From: a virus
Taxonomy: Duplodnaviria; Caudoviricetes
Strand: one strand, 5' to 3'
Virus record (IMG/VR): IMGVR_UViG_2558860994_000004
Coordinates: 1 to 64,000 of that record
Length of the DNA: 64,000 bases
In this document: positions 1-8,433 of the stretch, in pieces
Layout of the letters: every line of letters starts with the position of its first letter
How positions within the stretch are numbered: the stretch's first letter is position 1
Program-made: the position numbers and the translations under genes
Notes under the pieces: generated by a model
Told to the model about the DNA's origin: nothing
The model's input: the letters and a program-made list of their open reading frames with translations, nothing else
Database searches by the model: none

Positions 1-432
1 ATGTCAAATACACCAATATCCCTAACGCCTGAACTGACACCATTACCTGAACCTGTGACACCCTATTATGAAACGGAAGATATTATTGCGGGGAGATGGT
101 TGAATCGCTCTATGACACGTCAGGTCAGGTTTTCTGCCGAAGACTATGAGGAGTTTTCCAAAAAGTTTCAGCATATGGCAGATGAATTAAAGACATGGCA
201 GAAACAGTATAAGCGTAAGGCAAAAGTGCTTGAGGTTTCGATTTTTGCCCATCCATGGATTTTAAAGCGTATTTTGCAGCAGTTTAATACTACATTTAGC
301 GCAGGCCATAGCTACGGTGATTTTAGTCAGAAGGGAACAATTAAATTGCATTTACACGATGCTTTTGATGCCTTGGGTACGCATTATTTGCTTTATCAAA
401 ATGGTCAAAAACTGCAAATAGATAAAAATTAA
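1..432 (+). CDS. Host hypothetical protein (may be 5'-truncated)
   Basis: 143-aa ORF upstream of the tRNA promoter; no motif recognised. Confidence 0.5.
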   Translation: MSNTPISLTPELTPLPEPVTPYYETEDIIAGRWLNRSMTRQVRFSAEDYEEFSKKFQHMADELKTWQKQYKRKAKVLEVSIFAHPWILKRILQQFNTTFSAGHSYGDFSQKGTIKLHLHDAFDALGTHYLLYQNGQKLQIDKN

Positions 433-473
433 GCTTATTTGCGCAATGTTTGAACATTTGGCGCTAATAATGC

Positions 474-502
474 TAGGCAAGAATAAGCTGTTTTGTTATG
501 AT
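474..502 (+). promoter_or_regulatory. sigma70-type promoter for tRNA-Leu
   Basis: TAGGCA (474-479), 17-nt spacer, TATGAT (497-502) preceded by TGn (extended -10), then a GC-rich discriminator. Confidence 0.5.
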
Positions 503-572
503 GCGTTCACAGAAAAATCATGGATTTTTCTCTAGCAAGAAGAAAATGCAGTGCATTTTTAATCTTCTCTCA

Positions 573-657
573 GGGGGCGTGGCGGAATTGGTAGACGCAC
601 TGGATTTAGGTTCCAGCGCCGCAAGGTGTAAGAGTTCGAGTCTCTTCGCCCCCACCA
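573..657 (+). tRNA. trnL: tRNA-Leu, anticodon TAG; probable prophage attachment site
   Basis: Acceptor stem GGGGGCG/CGCCCCC, D-loop GGAATTGGTAGAC, anticodon arm CTGGA-TTTAGGT-TCCAG, long variable arm, GTTCGAG T-loop, encoded CCA. Confidence 0.97.
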
Positions 658-673
658 TTTTTAAATAATAAAA

Positions 674-1882
674 TCAATTACTTAGTCTGAGCTTACCCCC
701 TGTGGGCACGTTTTGGGCACGTTTCTCTAATTTTGCAATCTCCTCTTTATTTTTGTCACTGTTAATCCAGCGCGCGTATCTTTTCATCAGCATGACCAGA
801 CTATGGCCAAGCTGATCAGCGACATATACCGGATTTAAGCCACTCATCAAGCAAACCGTCGCATAAGTATGCCTTGTGTTATATGACGGCCTGTAGCGCA
901 AGCCTGTGGCTTTAATCGCAGCTTTAAAATGCTTATATAAAGATTTCTGCGTGTTGTAGTTTTCATTAGTCTCAGCACAAATAAACACATGGTCATATTT
1001 GAGATAACTTAATTGCTTGAGTTGCTGGAATGCTTCAAAAGCCGTTTGGTTTAAATCAACAAACCGGTCTTTATTGGTCTTTGTGCTGTCCTGCTGCACA
1101 CCATTCACCCGACCCTTATTGATGTAGATTTGCCGATTCACAAAATCCACATCCTGCCAGGTGAGGGCAATCAGTTCTGAAGGCCGGCAACCAGTCCAGA
1201 ACGCCACAGTAAAATAAAGATAAACCACTGGCCGCTCAGTAATACACTGGCTCTTTAACCATTGAAGCAACAAGTCACGTTCACCAGCAGTGAAAGGATC
1301 GGGGAGTTCCTGATTGTTCTTCTGGTTCTTTAAGCGTTCAGCCGGGTTCTTATCAATTACCTCATCATCAGCAGCCAGCTCGAACACCCCACGTAACGGA
1401 ATTAGGGCATCATTCCTGACCTTGGCCGATGACCACTCACGGCCATTAACTGCATTACGCAGCATCTGGCTGCTAATGTCATCTATCGGCATTTCTGCTA
1501 GTAGCGGCATCCAGATCCGCTCCAGGATGGACAGGTATTTTTCCTTGGTTCCCTGTTTATGGTTAGTCAGGTTAAATAGGTACTGCTGGGCATAGTAGGC
1601 AAATGTCGGAACACTGGTCGGAGAGGTGATGTTTGGATCTTCCTGGCCATTTTCAAATGGCCGGCCAGTGACTTCCTCAATATCAGCATGCGTTAAAATA
1701 TCAAACTCTATTTTCTTGATTAGCTCTTGTCTAATCTTAGCTGCCTTGGTGAAGTTAGTATGGGTGTCCTTGAGTGGAAGGACGATCCACTGGCGTTTGC
1801 CGTTCCATGTAAAGTTAATCTGGATTTTTCCATTTTTTGCTCTTGTGCCGCGCGGTAGCTCTGAGCCTTCTGCATTACCCAC
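674..1882 (-). CDS. int: Tyrosine integrase with N-terminal arm-binding domain
   Basis: Catalytic motifs CRPSEL, YNTRHTYAT, LGH and RYA; N-terminal KIQINFTWNGKR arm domain; converges on the tRNA. Confidence 0.95.
   Translation of the reverse strand: MGNAEGSELPRGTRAKNGKIQINFTWNGKRQWIVLPLKDTHTNFTKAAKIRQELIKKIEFDILTHADIEEVTGRPFENGQEDPNITSPTSVPTFAYYAQQYLFNLTNHKQGTKEKYLSILERIWMPLLAEMPIDDISSQMLRNAVNGREWSSAKVRNDALIPLRGVFELAADDEVIDKNPAERLKNQKNNQELPDPFTAGERDLLLQWLKSQCITERPVVYLYFTVAFWTGCRPSELIALTWQDVDFVNRQIYINKGRVNGVQQDSTKTNKDRFVDLNQTAFEAFQQLKQLSYLKYDHVFICAETNENYNTQKSLYKHFKAAIKATGLRYRPSYNTRHTYATVCLMSGLNPVYVADQLGHSLVMLMKRYARWINSDKNKEEIAKLEKRAQNVPTGGKLRLSN
704..724 (+). repeat. Tandem direct repeat GGGCACGTTT x2; candidate integrase arm-type sites
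   Basis: Exact 10-mer at 704-713 and 715-724, about 50 nt from the tRNA 3' end. Confidence 0.5.
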
Positions 1883-2052
1883 TTGTTATAACCCTTAATT
1901 GAATAGCTGAATTTGCGTTCTGAAAGTTGGACCCACACAAGGCCCTCATCCCACAATGGACGTAGATTTTTTAGATTGGTAGGTAACTCACCCGTGAGTT
2001 CACAAAACCGTTCGGCTGTTACCCAGTCAACAGCATCAACTATTATAGTCAT
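1720..2052 (-). CDS. xis: Putative excisionase (DUF1233-like)
   Basis: Small protein directly upstream of int and overlapping its 5' end; WVTAERFCELTG...YSIKGYNKWV winged-helix-like pattern. Confidence 0.7.
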   Translation of the reverse strand: MTIIVDAVDWVTAERFCELTGELPTNLKNLRPLWDEGLVWVQLSERKFSYSIKGYNKWVMQKAQSYRAAQEQKMEKSRLTLHGTANASGSSFHSRTPILTSPRQLRLDKS

Positions 2053-2219
2053 TGCTCACCTCTCAACCGTCTTAAACTATTGCCGCTAACGATTTCGCGC
2101 GTACCATCTGCAAACTCAATTTCGCGGCTGTTCTGTGTACCGTGTGCGATGATTCGACAGGGCTTGCCGTACATCTGTGCTCGCTTTTCATTGTTCTTCC
2201 AGGCATAGTAGTGAGTCAT
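2049..2219 (-). CDS. 56-aa phage protein (below ORF-track cutoff)
   Basis: MTHYYAWKNNEKRAQMYGKPCRIIAHGTQNSREIEFADGTREIVSGNSLRRLRGEQ; AGGAAG RBS; its stop overlaps the xis ATG. Confidence 0.65.
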   Translation of the reverse strand: MTHYYAWKNNEKRAQMYGKPCRIIAHGTQNSREIEFADGTREIVSGNSLRRLRGEQ

Positions 2220-2263
2220 CATTACTTCCTATGTAGGATGCCCGTCAAAGCAGGGCGGTTGGG

Positions 2264-2590
2264 TTAAATTCGGCGTTGATTCGCCTGCCGGGTAGTATTG
2301 ATTGAATAGCCTTTAGCCTTGGCACGACGGATTGAACGGCCAGCAATGTCACGGAAATCGTTATATTTGCCTTGCAGCACATCCTTAATATTGTATTTAG
2401 GCTGTATGCATTCAGCGTCAGTCATGGCAACCCAGCTGGCGTCTACTTTCTTAAAAACCGTTTGGGTTTGAACATCGAGGCGGTAAGGCTTACCGGCAAT
2501 GTGACCGGAAATGCCTTCACCTGGCTTATAAGTGCCGAACACCCAGAACGGGGTCGGATATATTTTGGGAGCGGTGGCGCGGGCGTTCAT
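2264..2590 (-). CDS. Phage early hypothetical protein
   Basis: 108-aa ORF in the leftward early operon. Confidence 0.6.
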   Translation of the reverse strand: MNARATAPKIYPTPFWVFGTYKPGEGISGHIAGKPYRLDVQTQTVFKKVDASWVAMTDAECIQPKYNIKDVLQGKYNDFRDIAGRSIRRAKAKGYSINTTRQANQRRI

Positions 2591-2724
2591 TAGAAGAAGC
2601 CCCAGTTGTGCAGGCCATAGCCGATGGTAAATAGCAACGTACCCAGGCCACCAGCAAAAATTTTGGCATCGTTAGCAAATGAACTAACATCCGTCGCTTG
2701 CAATTCCTGCGTTTTGTTATGCAT
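2590..2724 (-). CDS. 44-aa protein with hydrophobic C-terminus
   Basis: MHNKTQEL...IFAGGLGTLLFTIGYGLHNWGFF; TAATG overlap with the next gene; first ORF after the left operators. Confidence 0.5.
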   Translation of the reverse strand: MHNKTQELQATDVSSFANDAKIFAGGLGTLLFTIGYGLHNWGFF

Positions 2725-2832
2725 AATCTTCTTACTCCTAATACCCCAAAAGTTAGGTGTCATGCCTCCGGTTGCTTCGACTCAACGCGGGGGCTTTTTA
2801 TTGCCTGTGTTTTGGCTTGATAAATCTATTAT

Positions 2833-2868
2833 TAGGCATACCTAAATAAAAGTAAATAGGTTTACCTA
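2833..2868. promoter_or_regulatory. Left operators (OL): two TAGG-N4-CCTA palindromes
   Basis: TAGGCATACCTA 2833-2844 and TAGGTTTACCTA 2857-2868; same motif as between cI and cro. Confidence 0.8.
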
Positions 2869-2895
2869 ATATTTCTCATGAATTTCTGCTATATT

Positions 2896-2924
2896 AAAAA
2901 AAGAAACCCGGCACATGGCCGAGT
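2896..2924 (-). terminator. Intrinsic terminator on the minus strand (end of the cI-direction transcript)
   Basis: Minus strand ACTCGGC-CATGT-GCCGGGT followed by TTCTTTTTTT. Confidence 0.55.
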
Positions 2925-2940
2925 AGAAAAGAGGTGGTTT

Positions 2941-3435
2941 ATGCAATTTGAAGATTTTGAGCAGACTGAAAAGCATATGCAGAAAAATAAATATGATGGG
3001 ATCTCGATGCGTCATATATCTAATGAACAGATTGTTTCATTTGAGGCAAAAACGCGTCAGCAAATTGCACAGGCTTTTATGACTAGTGGTATTAGTCAAC
3101 CAAAAACATTGGCTTATTTAATAGATCAGTTCTTTGAATTAATTCAATCAGGCACAAGTAGTGTAAATAGAAATCTAATTGATTTTACTGAAAATTCTTA
3201 TAAATTACCTGAAATTAGAAGTAAATTTCGGCAAGAAAATAGACTGCGTTTACTTATCGAATTCCTTTCGTCTGGAGTAAGGAATATAGCTTACCTGGGT
3301 TATGTAGTAACGCGGTTTGACCACTTAATTGCAACAGGTGAGGATAGTTTTCCAGAAACTCCTGAACTCCTACAGCTCTTGCCCGATCATAAGGTACACC
3401 CATGTAATGAACATGAATGGTTTTGTGTGGATTAA
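2941..3435 (+). CDS. Accessory hypothetical protein in the immunity region
   Basis: AGAGGTGG RBS before ATG 2941; AT-rich; its 3' part overlaps a minus-strand ORF. Confidence 0.45.
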   Translation: MQFEDFEQTEKHMQKNKYDGISMRHISNEQIVSFEAKTRQQIAQAFMTSGISQPKTLAYLIDQFFELIQSGTSSVNRNLIDFTENSYKLPEIRSKFRQENRLRLLIEFLSSGVRNIAYLGYVVTRFDHLIATGEDSFPETPELLQLLPDHKVHPCNEHEWFCVD

Positions 3436-3649
3436 GGTTTAAATCTATTAAATATTCAATCAATGGATTTAGATCACCTGCTAAATCTTCACTTTGGCCA
3501 AATGCCAAGGGAATATAATGATCAGGTTTTTCACTATCCAGCCTAGCTAATACAAACATGCCTATAGAACCTTCTGTGATGACATGATTGGTAGGAAGAA
3601 TATTGTAGAAGCGTCCATTCCATTGCGATTGGGCTATAAGTGGTTTCAT
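3254..3649 (-). CDS. Accessory hypothetical protein (weak GIY-YIG-like pattern)
   Basis: GMFVLAR...YIPLAFGQSEDL...IHVHY; ATG 3649 preferred over the track start at 3742. Confidence 0.45.
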   Translation of the reverse strand: MKPLIAQSQWNGRFYNILPTNHVITEGSIGMFVLARLDSEKPDHYIPLAFGQSEDLAGDLNPLIEYLIDLNLNPHKTIHVHYMGVPYDRARAVGVQEFLENYPHLLQLSGQTALLHNPGKLYSLLQTKGIR

Positions 3650-3665
3650 AAGCAAAATTCCGAGG

Positions 3666-3917
3666 TTGATTTTGAAACATAAAAAGAAGTGTAACTGTAA
3701 ACATGCACGACAATTAAGGCATTTGAAGCAGATAAGCCGCAATAGTGCCGAGCTTTACCATAATCTGCAAAAATCACTGGAACAATCTATAGCTAAAACC
3801 ACTGCCGAATTGAGTGCATCAATCCAGAATTTTCAAGCGATGACAAAAGCGGAACGGCGGGTATCACTTGAAACAGCAATTAATGATTTGCAAGAACGTA
3901 TAAAAAGTAAAAGCTAG
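3666..3917 (+). CDS. Possible small coiled-coil protein
   Basis: TTG start, helical C-terminal half; only 16 nt from the divergent ORF, so doubtful. Confidence 0.3.
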   Translation: MILKHKKKCNCKHARQLRHLKQISRNSAELYHNLQKSLEQSIAKTTAELSASIQNFQAMTKAERRVSLETAINDLQERIKSKS

Positions 3918-3950
3918 TCATTTGATAACCTTGAGTTTTTATATAAAATA

Positions 3951-4250
3951 TTAGGTATGATACTTTTCCAAAAAATCATCAATCCAGCTTTGAGCTTGCC
4001 CAAGATTGCTGATATCGGCCAGCTTCAAATTAGTGCCTTCTGCTTCATTATACCCTTCGATTATTGCTTCAAAAATATTGGCTTCATTGACAACTTCTCG
4101 GGCAAACTCAGCAGCGTCATAGCTCTGCTTTGCTTTTTTTAGTGATGCAATTTGCTTGTCAATACCATCGCCAATTTTAGCGAGTGCTGCTTTAAAGTCT
4201 TGTTTATTAATACTTAGCGCCGTTTTGGTTTTGTTGAGTGTTGCAATCAT
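3951..4250 (-). CDS. Conserved hypothetical protein co-oriented downstream of cI
   Basis: MIATLNKTKTALSINKQDFK... resembles a protein I recall following repressors in Acinetobacter prophages (not searched). Confidence 0.75.
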   Translation of the reverse strand: MIATLNKTKTALSINKQDFKAALAKIGDGIDKQIASLKKAKQSYDAAEFAREVVNEANIFEAIIEGYNEAEGTNLKLADISNLGQAQSWIDDFLEKYHT

Positions 4251-4270
4251 TGTTACGTTTCCTTTTTAAT

Positions 4271-5008
4271 TTAATCAAAATCATTAAACCGCCCCACTAC
4301 CTTGCCTACTAATCGGCAATGTTCATTAACTGGCATTAGCCTGGGTTGCCAGTTTGGATTTAAAGGCCGTAAGTAATAATTACCATCTTCAACAACCAGT
4401 TCTTTAAAGGTTGCTTTTTCGTCGCCATCACAAGCCATAATGACCAGATCACCTGTATGCAGTTCATCAATCTGGAAAGTGGGATTCACATAAATACGGT
4501 CATCAGGCATGAATTTTGGTTCCATGGACACGCCATCAACAATAAGCGCAAAGCCGTATTTACCAGCCTTGGGATTATAGGGAATCCATTCAATCACACG
4601 AGATAAATCACCAGACAGAACCTCAGTGTAATCGCCAGCAGAAACCCATGAAATCACAGGGGTTTGTTTGGATGGTGGCAAGCCATCATGTCTTACAGGT
4701 AAATCCCGGATGTCCTGCTGCTGTGGCATACCTAGTGACTGGCTTTGTGACTGACCAGATTGGAATTGATGCTGGGTTTGGGAGGGGCGCATTTCGCCAG
4801 TACCACTAGCCAGCCATAAAGCATTTACACCTAAGCACGTAGCAGCCTTTAAAAGATTTTCACCTTCCATTGTTTTTGACTTTCCGCTTAGCCAGTCACT
4901 TACTGATGGGGGTTTGACCCCTACACAGCGTGCCAGCTCAACACCCTTCATTTTTTTAGGAGTTGCTTCTTCCATCGCAAGTTTAAGGCGCTCAGCTAAC
5001 GTTTTCAT
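4271..5008 (-). CDS. cI: CI-like repressor (HTH-XRE plus S24 peptidase)
   Basis: N-terminal HTH (ELARCVGVKPPSVSDWLSGK); C-terminal GVSMEPKF Ser motif and ATFKEL Lys motif; divergent from cro. Confidence 0.93.
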   Translation of the reverse strand: MKTLAERLKLAMEEATPKKMKGVELARCVGVKPPSVSDWLSGKSKTMEGENLLKAATCLGVNALWLASGTGEMRPSQTQHQFQSGQSQSQSLGMPQQQDIRDLPVRHDGLPPSKQTPVISWVSAGDYTEVLSGDLSRVIEWIPYNPKAGKYGFALIVDGVSMEPKFMPDDRIYVNPTFQIDELHTGDLVIMACDGDEKATFKELVVEDGNYYLRPLNPNWQPRLMPVNEHCRLVGKVVGRFNDFD

Positions 5009-5039
5009 AAGAAAAAGACAAATTATCGATTACAACTGT

Positions 5040-5100
5040 TAGGAAATCCTAACATAAATAAAATTAGGAATGCCTATTGATTATTTATAAGGATTGCCTA
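5040..5100. promoter_or_regulatory. Right operators (OR): three TAGG-N4-CCTA-type palindromes
   Basis: TAGGAAATCCTA 5040-5051, TAGGAATGCCTA 5065-5076, AAGGATTGCCTA 5089-5100; 24-25 nt period. Confidence 0.85.
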
Positions 5101-5129
5101 ATAATTGATTTATTGTTAGGAGATGCAAG

Positions 5130-5405
5130 ATGACAGATGACCAACTCATTAATGCATTGGGTGGCTGTACTGCTGTAGCCAATTTTTTAGGAATTAAGCC
5201 TCCGTCTGTAAGTGGATGGAACTCAATTCCTTTGGATAAAAAAATTTTGCTAGCAGTAATTGCGGAAGATCATGGCATTTGCACCCGCAAAGAACTTTTT
5301 CCCGATTCTTATCAGAATATTTGGATTGAATTACGTCCTGAATTTAACACTGCTTCCAGTCGAAAAACCAAGTTAGCCACCTCTGTAAATGAACGTATTT
5401 CCTGA
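5130..5405 (+). CDS. cro: Cro-like repressor (YdaS-like HTH)
   Basis: LINALGGCTAVANFLGIKPPSVSGW; shares the KPPSVS-W recognition helix with CI. Confidence 0.85.
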   Translation: MTDDQLINALGGCTAVANFLGIKPPSVSGWNSIPLDKKILLAVIAEDHGICTRKELFPDSYQNIWIELRPEFNTASSRKTKLATSVNERIS

Positions 5406-5474
5406 ATACAAGATTAGCCAAACTGGACGGCAAGTTACACGGCCAAATTTTTAAAAAGTACCGAGTACCCAAAA

Positions 5475-5945
5475 ATGAGAGACATATTTTTAGCCCTACA
5501 GCATATCGCTCAATCCTACGGAATTCGTCAGATTGCTGAATATCTGGGCACCAAGCCTGAGGGCCTGCGTAAAAAACTAAATCCTAATGACGATTCGCAT
5601 CAGGTCACGCTGGCTGAGTTTCTACACATTAGTAGTATTACAGGCAAGCCAGATGCGTTATTGGCCATCGCTGCTGAGCTGGGCTATGTATGTATTAAGG
5701 CTCATAAGGCAACTAATGAAACCAGCATGGCGCAGATGTGCTTCTTGACCATGATGCTTGAACTTGGTCAGTCCAAAGGTGATTTAAGCGGAGCGATCAA
5801 GTCAGGCATGAGTGACAACCGAATCTGCATGAGGGATGCCCGTGACATCAAAGCGGCTGTCTATGAAATGCAGTGTGACCTTGCTCAGATTGAGCAAGCC
5901 ATTGATGAGTGCTTTAACAATGAAAAACAAGGAAGCCGAAAATGA
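5475..5945 (+). CDS. cII: Phage regulatory CII family protein
   Basis: LRKKLNPNDDSHQVTLAEF...LAIAAELGYVC; positioned after cro. Confidence 0.75.
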   Translation: MRDIFLALQHIAQSYGIRQIAEYLGTKPEGLRKKLNPNDDSHQVTLAEFLHISSITGKPDALLAIAAELGYVCIKAHKATNETSMAQMCFLTMMLELGQSKGDLSGAIKSGMSDNRICMRDARDIKAAVYEMQCDLAQIEQAIDECFNNEKQGSRK

Positions 5946-6136
5946 CCCAAAAACAATGTCCATGTCCTGAAGCCAAAGCAGGTGAGTGCTGCAAGCATTG
6001 CCCAACGCTGTTGGTTGATAACGAATGCCAGCCAGTTGCACCGGGCGATGCATCATTTTTTCCACCAGCAGAGTCACCGCTTTATGCGGTTGAGTCGAGT
6101 GATGAAGTCCGGCCGATCCTGAACGGGGGCTGGTAA
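5942..6136 (+). CDS. Small Cys-rich hypothetical protein
   Basis: ATGA overlap with cII; CPC...CCKHC. Confidence 0.5.
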   Translation: MTQKQCPCPEAKAGECCKHCPTLLVDNECQPVAPGDASFFPPAESPLYAVESSDEVRPILNGGW

Positions 6137-6144
6137 AAACGAAA

Positions 6145-6166
6145 AACCCAGCGGCCAGGCTGGGTT
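6145..6166. terminator. Stem-loop (tR-like)
   Basis: AACCCAGC-GGCCAG-GCTGGGTT preceded by an A-run. Confidence 0.4.
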
Positions 6167-6216
6167 CTAAGCGTATCTGTTTTGAACAGGTACTAAGTCG
6201 ATGAAGGAATTATGCA

Positions 6217-6975
6217 ATGTCTGAATTGAAAAGTAAAGCTGTACCCCAGTTGTACAAAACCCGCATGGTTCGTGCACTAATTCGCACCCTTAACCCTAAG
6301 ACTGAAACCCGCCGCATTCTTGACCCACAGCCACCATTTGACCCTGAACACGTTTCAGTGGATGTAGATGATCTTGGCTTTATTACGTTCTGGTCGGGCA
6401 ATCATACCCAAGGTATTTATCATCAGGTTAGGGCTAAAGTCCGCCCGGGCGATATTATTTGGATAAAAGAAACTTTTGTTCGCGCCACGAATGCGCAGGA
6501 TCAGGACTGCTCTATTTATAAGGCTGGCCGGATTGATGAGGAAATTGACGGGGGTTGGACGTCCTCATTATTCATGCCGCGTGAGGCCAGCCGCATCACG
6601 CTGGAAGTGACTGAAAAAGTTCGGGTAGAGCGCCTACAGGATATCAGTGAAAAAAGCGCACTGGCTGAAGGCTTTATTAAATTACGTTCTGGTAGTGTGG
6701 TTGAGTTTGAGGGAGCACAGCACTTTGGAGCTGAATGGCTTACGGCTAAAGAGGCTTACCGCGACTTATGGAACGATATCAACCTGACCCCTAAGCCACT
6801 TTATAAGAATAAAGAGATTGTAGGTTACGTCTGCTATCCCTGGTCACATGCTGACTTTGATGCTGAATATCAGGGCGTTCGCAGGTCTGGCCTATACCGT
6901 AGCAAGCCCATCAAGGTGATTGAAAACCCATGGGTAACTGTAACGACCTTTAAACTAAAGGAGTTACGGGTATGA
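6217..6975 (+). CDS. ASCH/PUA-like phage protein
   Basis: PGDIIWIKET, SLFMPREASRITLEVT and VRVERLQDISEKSALAEG motifs. Confidence 0.65.
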   Translation: MSELKSKAVPQLYKTRMVRALIRTLNPKTETRRILDPQPPFDPEHVSVDVDDLGFITFWSGNHTQGIYHQVRAKVRPGDIIWIKETFVRATNAQDQDCSIYKAGRIDEEIDGGWTSSLFMPREASRITLEVTEKVRVERLQDISEKSALAEGFIKLRSGSVVEFEGAQHFGAEWLTAKEAYRDLWNDINLTPKPLYKNKEIVGYVCYPWSHADFDAEYQGVRRSGLYRSKPIKVIENPWVTVTTFKLKELRV

Positions 6976-7424
6976 ATATCATTCAAATATTAGGCGGCTA
7001 TACCGCTGCCAAGCGAATTCTACTGGATAAACCAGCTGGTGCAATCTACTGGGACCAGGTTGAAAGCGCTTATGTCAAAAACTTCACGGTCAATAATTCC
7101 GATGAATTTGAGTGGCAGTACCTTGATGTAAGCAATCGATGGAATTACTGCAATAGTAAAGCCTGTCCAGTAACAAATGGCGATTTTGTTGAACTGGCTG
7201 AACTGCACAAGCTAGTGAAATTAACAACGAATGAGTATTTAAACCAGTATTACAAAGCGATTCAAGAGTCACTGAATCGTCAAGTGTGTGATCAGGTTCT
7301 TATCAATGTGGTTGAAGCCAAGCATGTGCGCAAAGCAAAACGCCATACAGCGTTCTGGTTAGGGGCATTGGCGTTACTGGTTGTGTTCACCCTGATTGTG
7401 CGGGGGTGCTTATGGCAGCAGTAG
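6972..7424 (+). CDS. Hypothetical protein with C-terminal TM helix
   Basis: ATGA-coupled ORF; FWLGALALLVVFTLIVRG. Confidence 0.6.
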   Translation: MNIIQILGGYTAAKRILLDKPAGAIYWDQVESAYVKNFTVNNSDEFEWQYLDVSNRWNYCNSKACPVTNGDFVELAELHKLVKLTTNEYLNQYYKAIQESLNRQVCDQVLINVVEAKHVRKAKRHTAFWLGALALLVVFTLIVRGCLWQQ

Positions 7425-8116
7425 CGTTTAATCCCCTGAATGCTGGCCGCACCATGTCCAGCCGTGAAATTGCGGAACTCACCCGCAAGGAACATGGCCA
7501 TATGATGCGTGACATCAAGAGTGTGCTTACCCAGCTGGGCTTTAATGACAGCCAGTATATCCATTACTGGATACACCCCCAGAATTACCAGCAGTACCCG
7601 GAATATCAGCTGGACCATCAACTGACCATGATTTTAATCACGGGTTACAGCGTGCCTTTACGTGCTGCCGTGATTAATCGCTGGTCTGAACTGGAACAGC
7701 GCAACTTGTTGCCTGACTTCACTGATCCGGCTGCCACTGCAATTGCGTGGGCAGAGCAGTATCGCCTGAAACAGCAGGCCGAGCAGCAAATTGCCCAACT
7801 GGTACCTAAGGCCGAGGCATTAGACCGTATTACCAATACGGCTGACCTGTTTGGCATTCGTGAAGCCTGTAATGCCCTGAAAATTTCCCAGACCCAGCTG
7901 ACCACAATGCTTATTGAGTGTAAGTGGGCCTTTCGCACGCCTAAGGGTAAGTTGCAGGGCTATGCCAACCGCACAAAGCAGGGCGTTCTAACCCATATCG
8001 TAACGCAGCCAAAGCCTGACAATCATGGTGTTGAGCATGTTTACCAGCAATTAAAGATTACTTCCAAGGGCATCACTGTGCTTGCCGAAATTTTGGAAAA
8101 GGAAGGCTCAAAATGA
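7412..8116 (+). CDS. Rha-family regulator fused to antirepressor KilAC/ANT domain
   Basis: TMSSREIAELTRKEHGHMMRDIK (Rha); PDFTDPAATAIAWAEQY...PKAEALDR...ITSKG (ANT). Confidence 0.85.
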   Translation: MAAVAFNPLNAGRTMSSREIAELTRKEHGHMMRDIKSVLTQLGFNDSQYIHYWIHPQNYQQYPEYQLDHQLTMILITGYSVPLRAAVINRWSELEQRNLLPDFTDPAATAIAWAEQYRLKQQAEQQIAQLVPKAEALDRITNTADLFGIREACNALKISQTQLTTMLIECKWAFRTPKGKLQGYANRTKQGVLTHIVTQPKPDNHGVEHVYQQLKITSKGITVLAEILEKEGSK

Positions 8117-8433
8117 GTAAGTTTTATTGTTCTACCCATAACAAGTACAAAGCCATTCCGCGTCAGAAATACGAGGATGGCGACCGTGTTCAATACATTC
8201 TAAAAGGCCGTGGCGGTCATCCAGCAACAACCGCCAAAGGTAGTGTCCAGTTGGTACAGGGTAATCTGCTGCATGTGGCTACTGATAGCGGTAAAAACAT
8301 CAAGCTGACCAATGAACTTGAGTCCGTTACACCGGCCTGGGCGCCATCACCACTGCAGTATTTTAATCCCGGCAAATGCTGGTGTGACATTGTTGAAGAG
8401 GCTGAACCTGTTCAGCAGGACGGTGCAGCATGA
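8113..8433 (+). CDS. Phage hypothetical protein
   Basis: Coupled ORF in the early operon. Confidence 0.6.
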   Translation: MSKFYCSTHNKYKAIPRQKYEDGDRVQYILKGRGGHPATTAKGSVQLVQGNLLHVATDSGKNIKLTNELESVTPAWAPSPLQYFNPGKCWCDIVEEAEPVQQDGAA

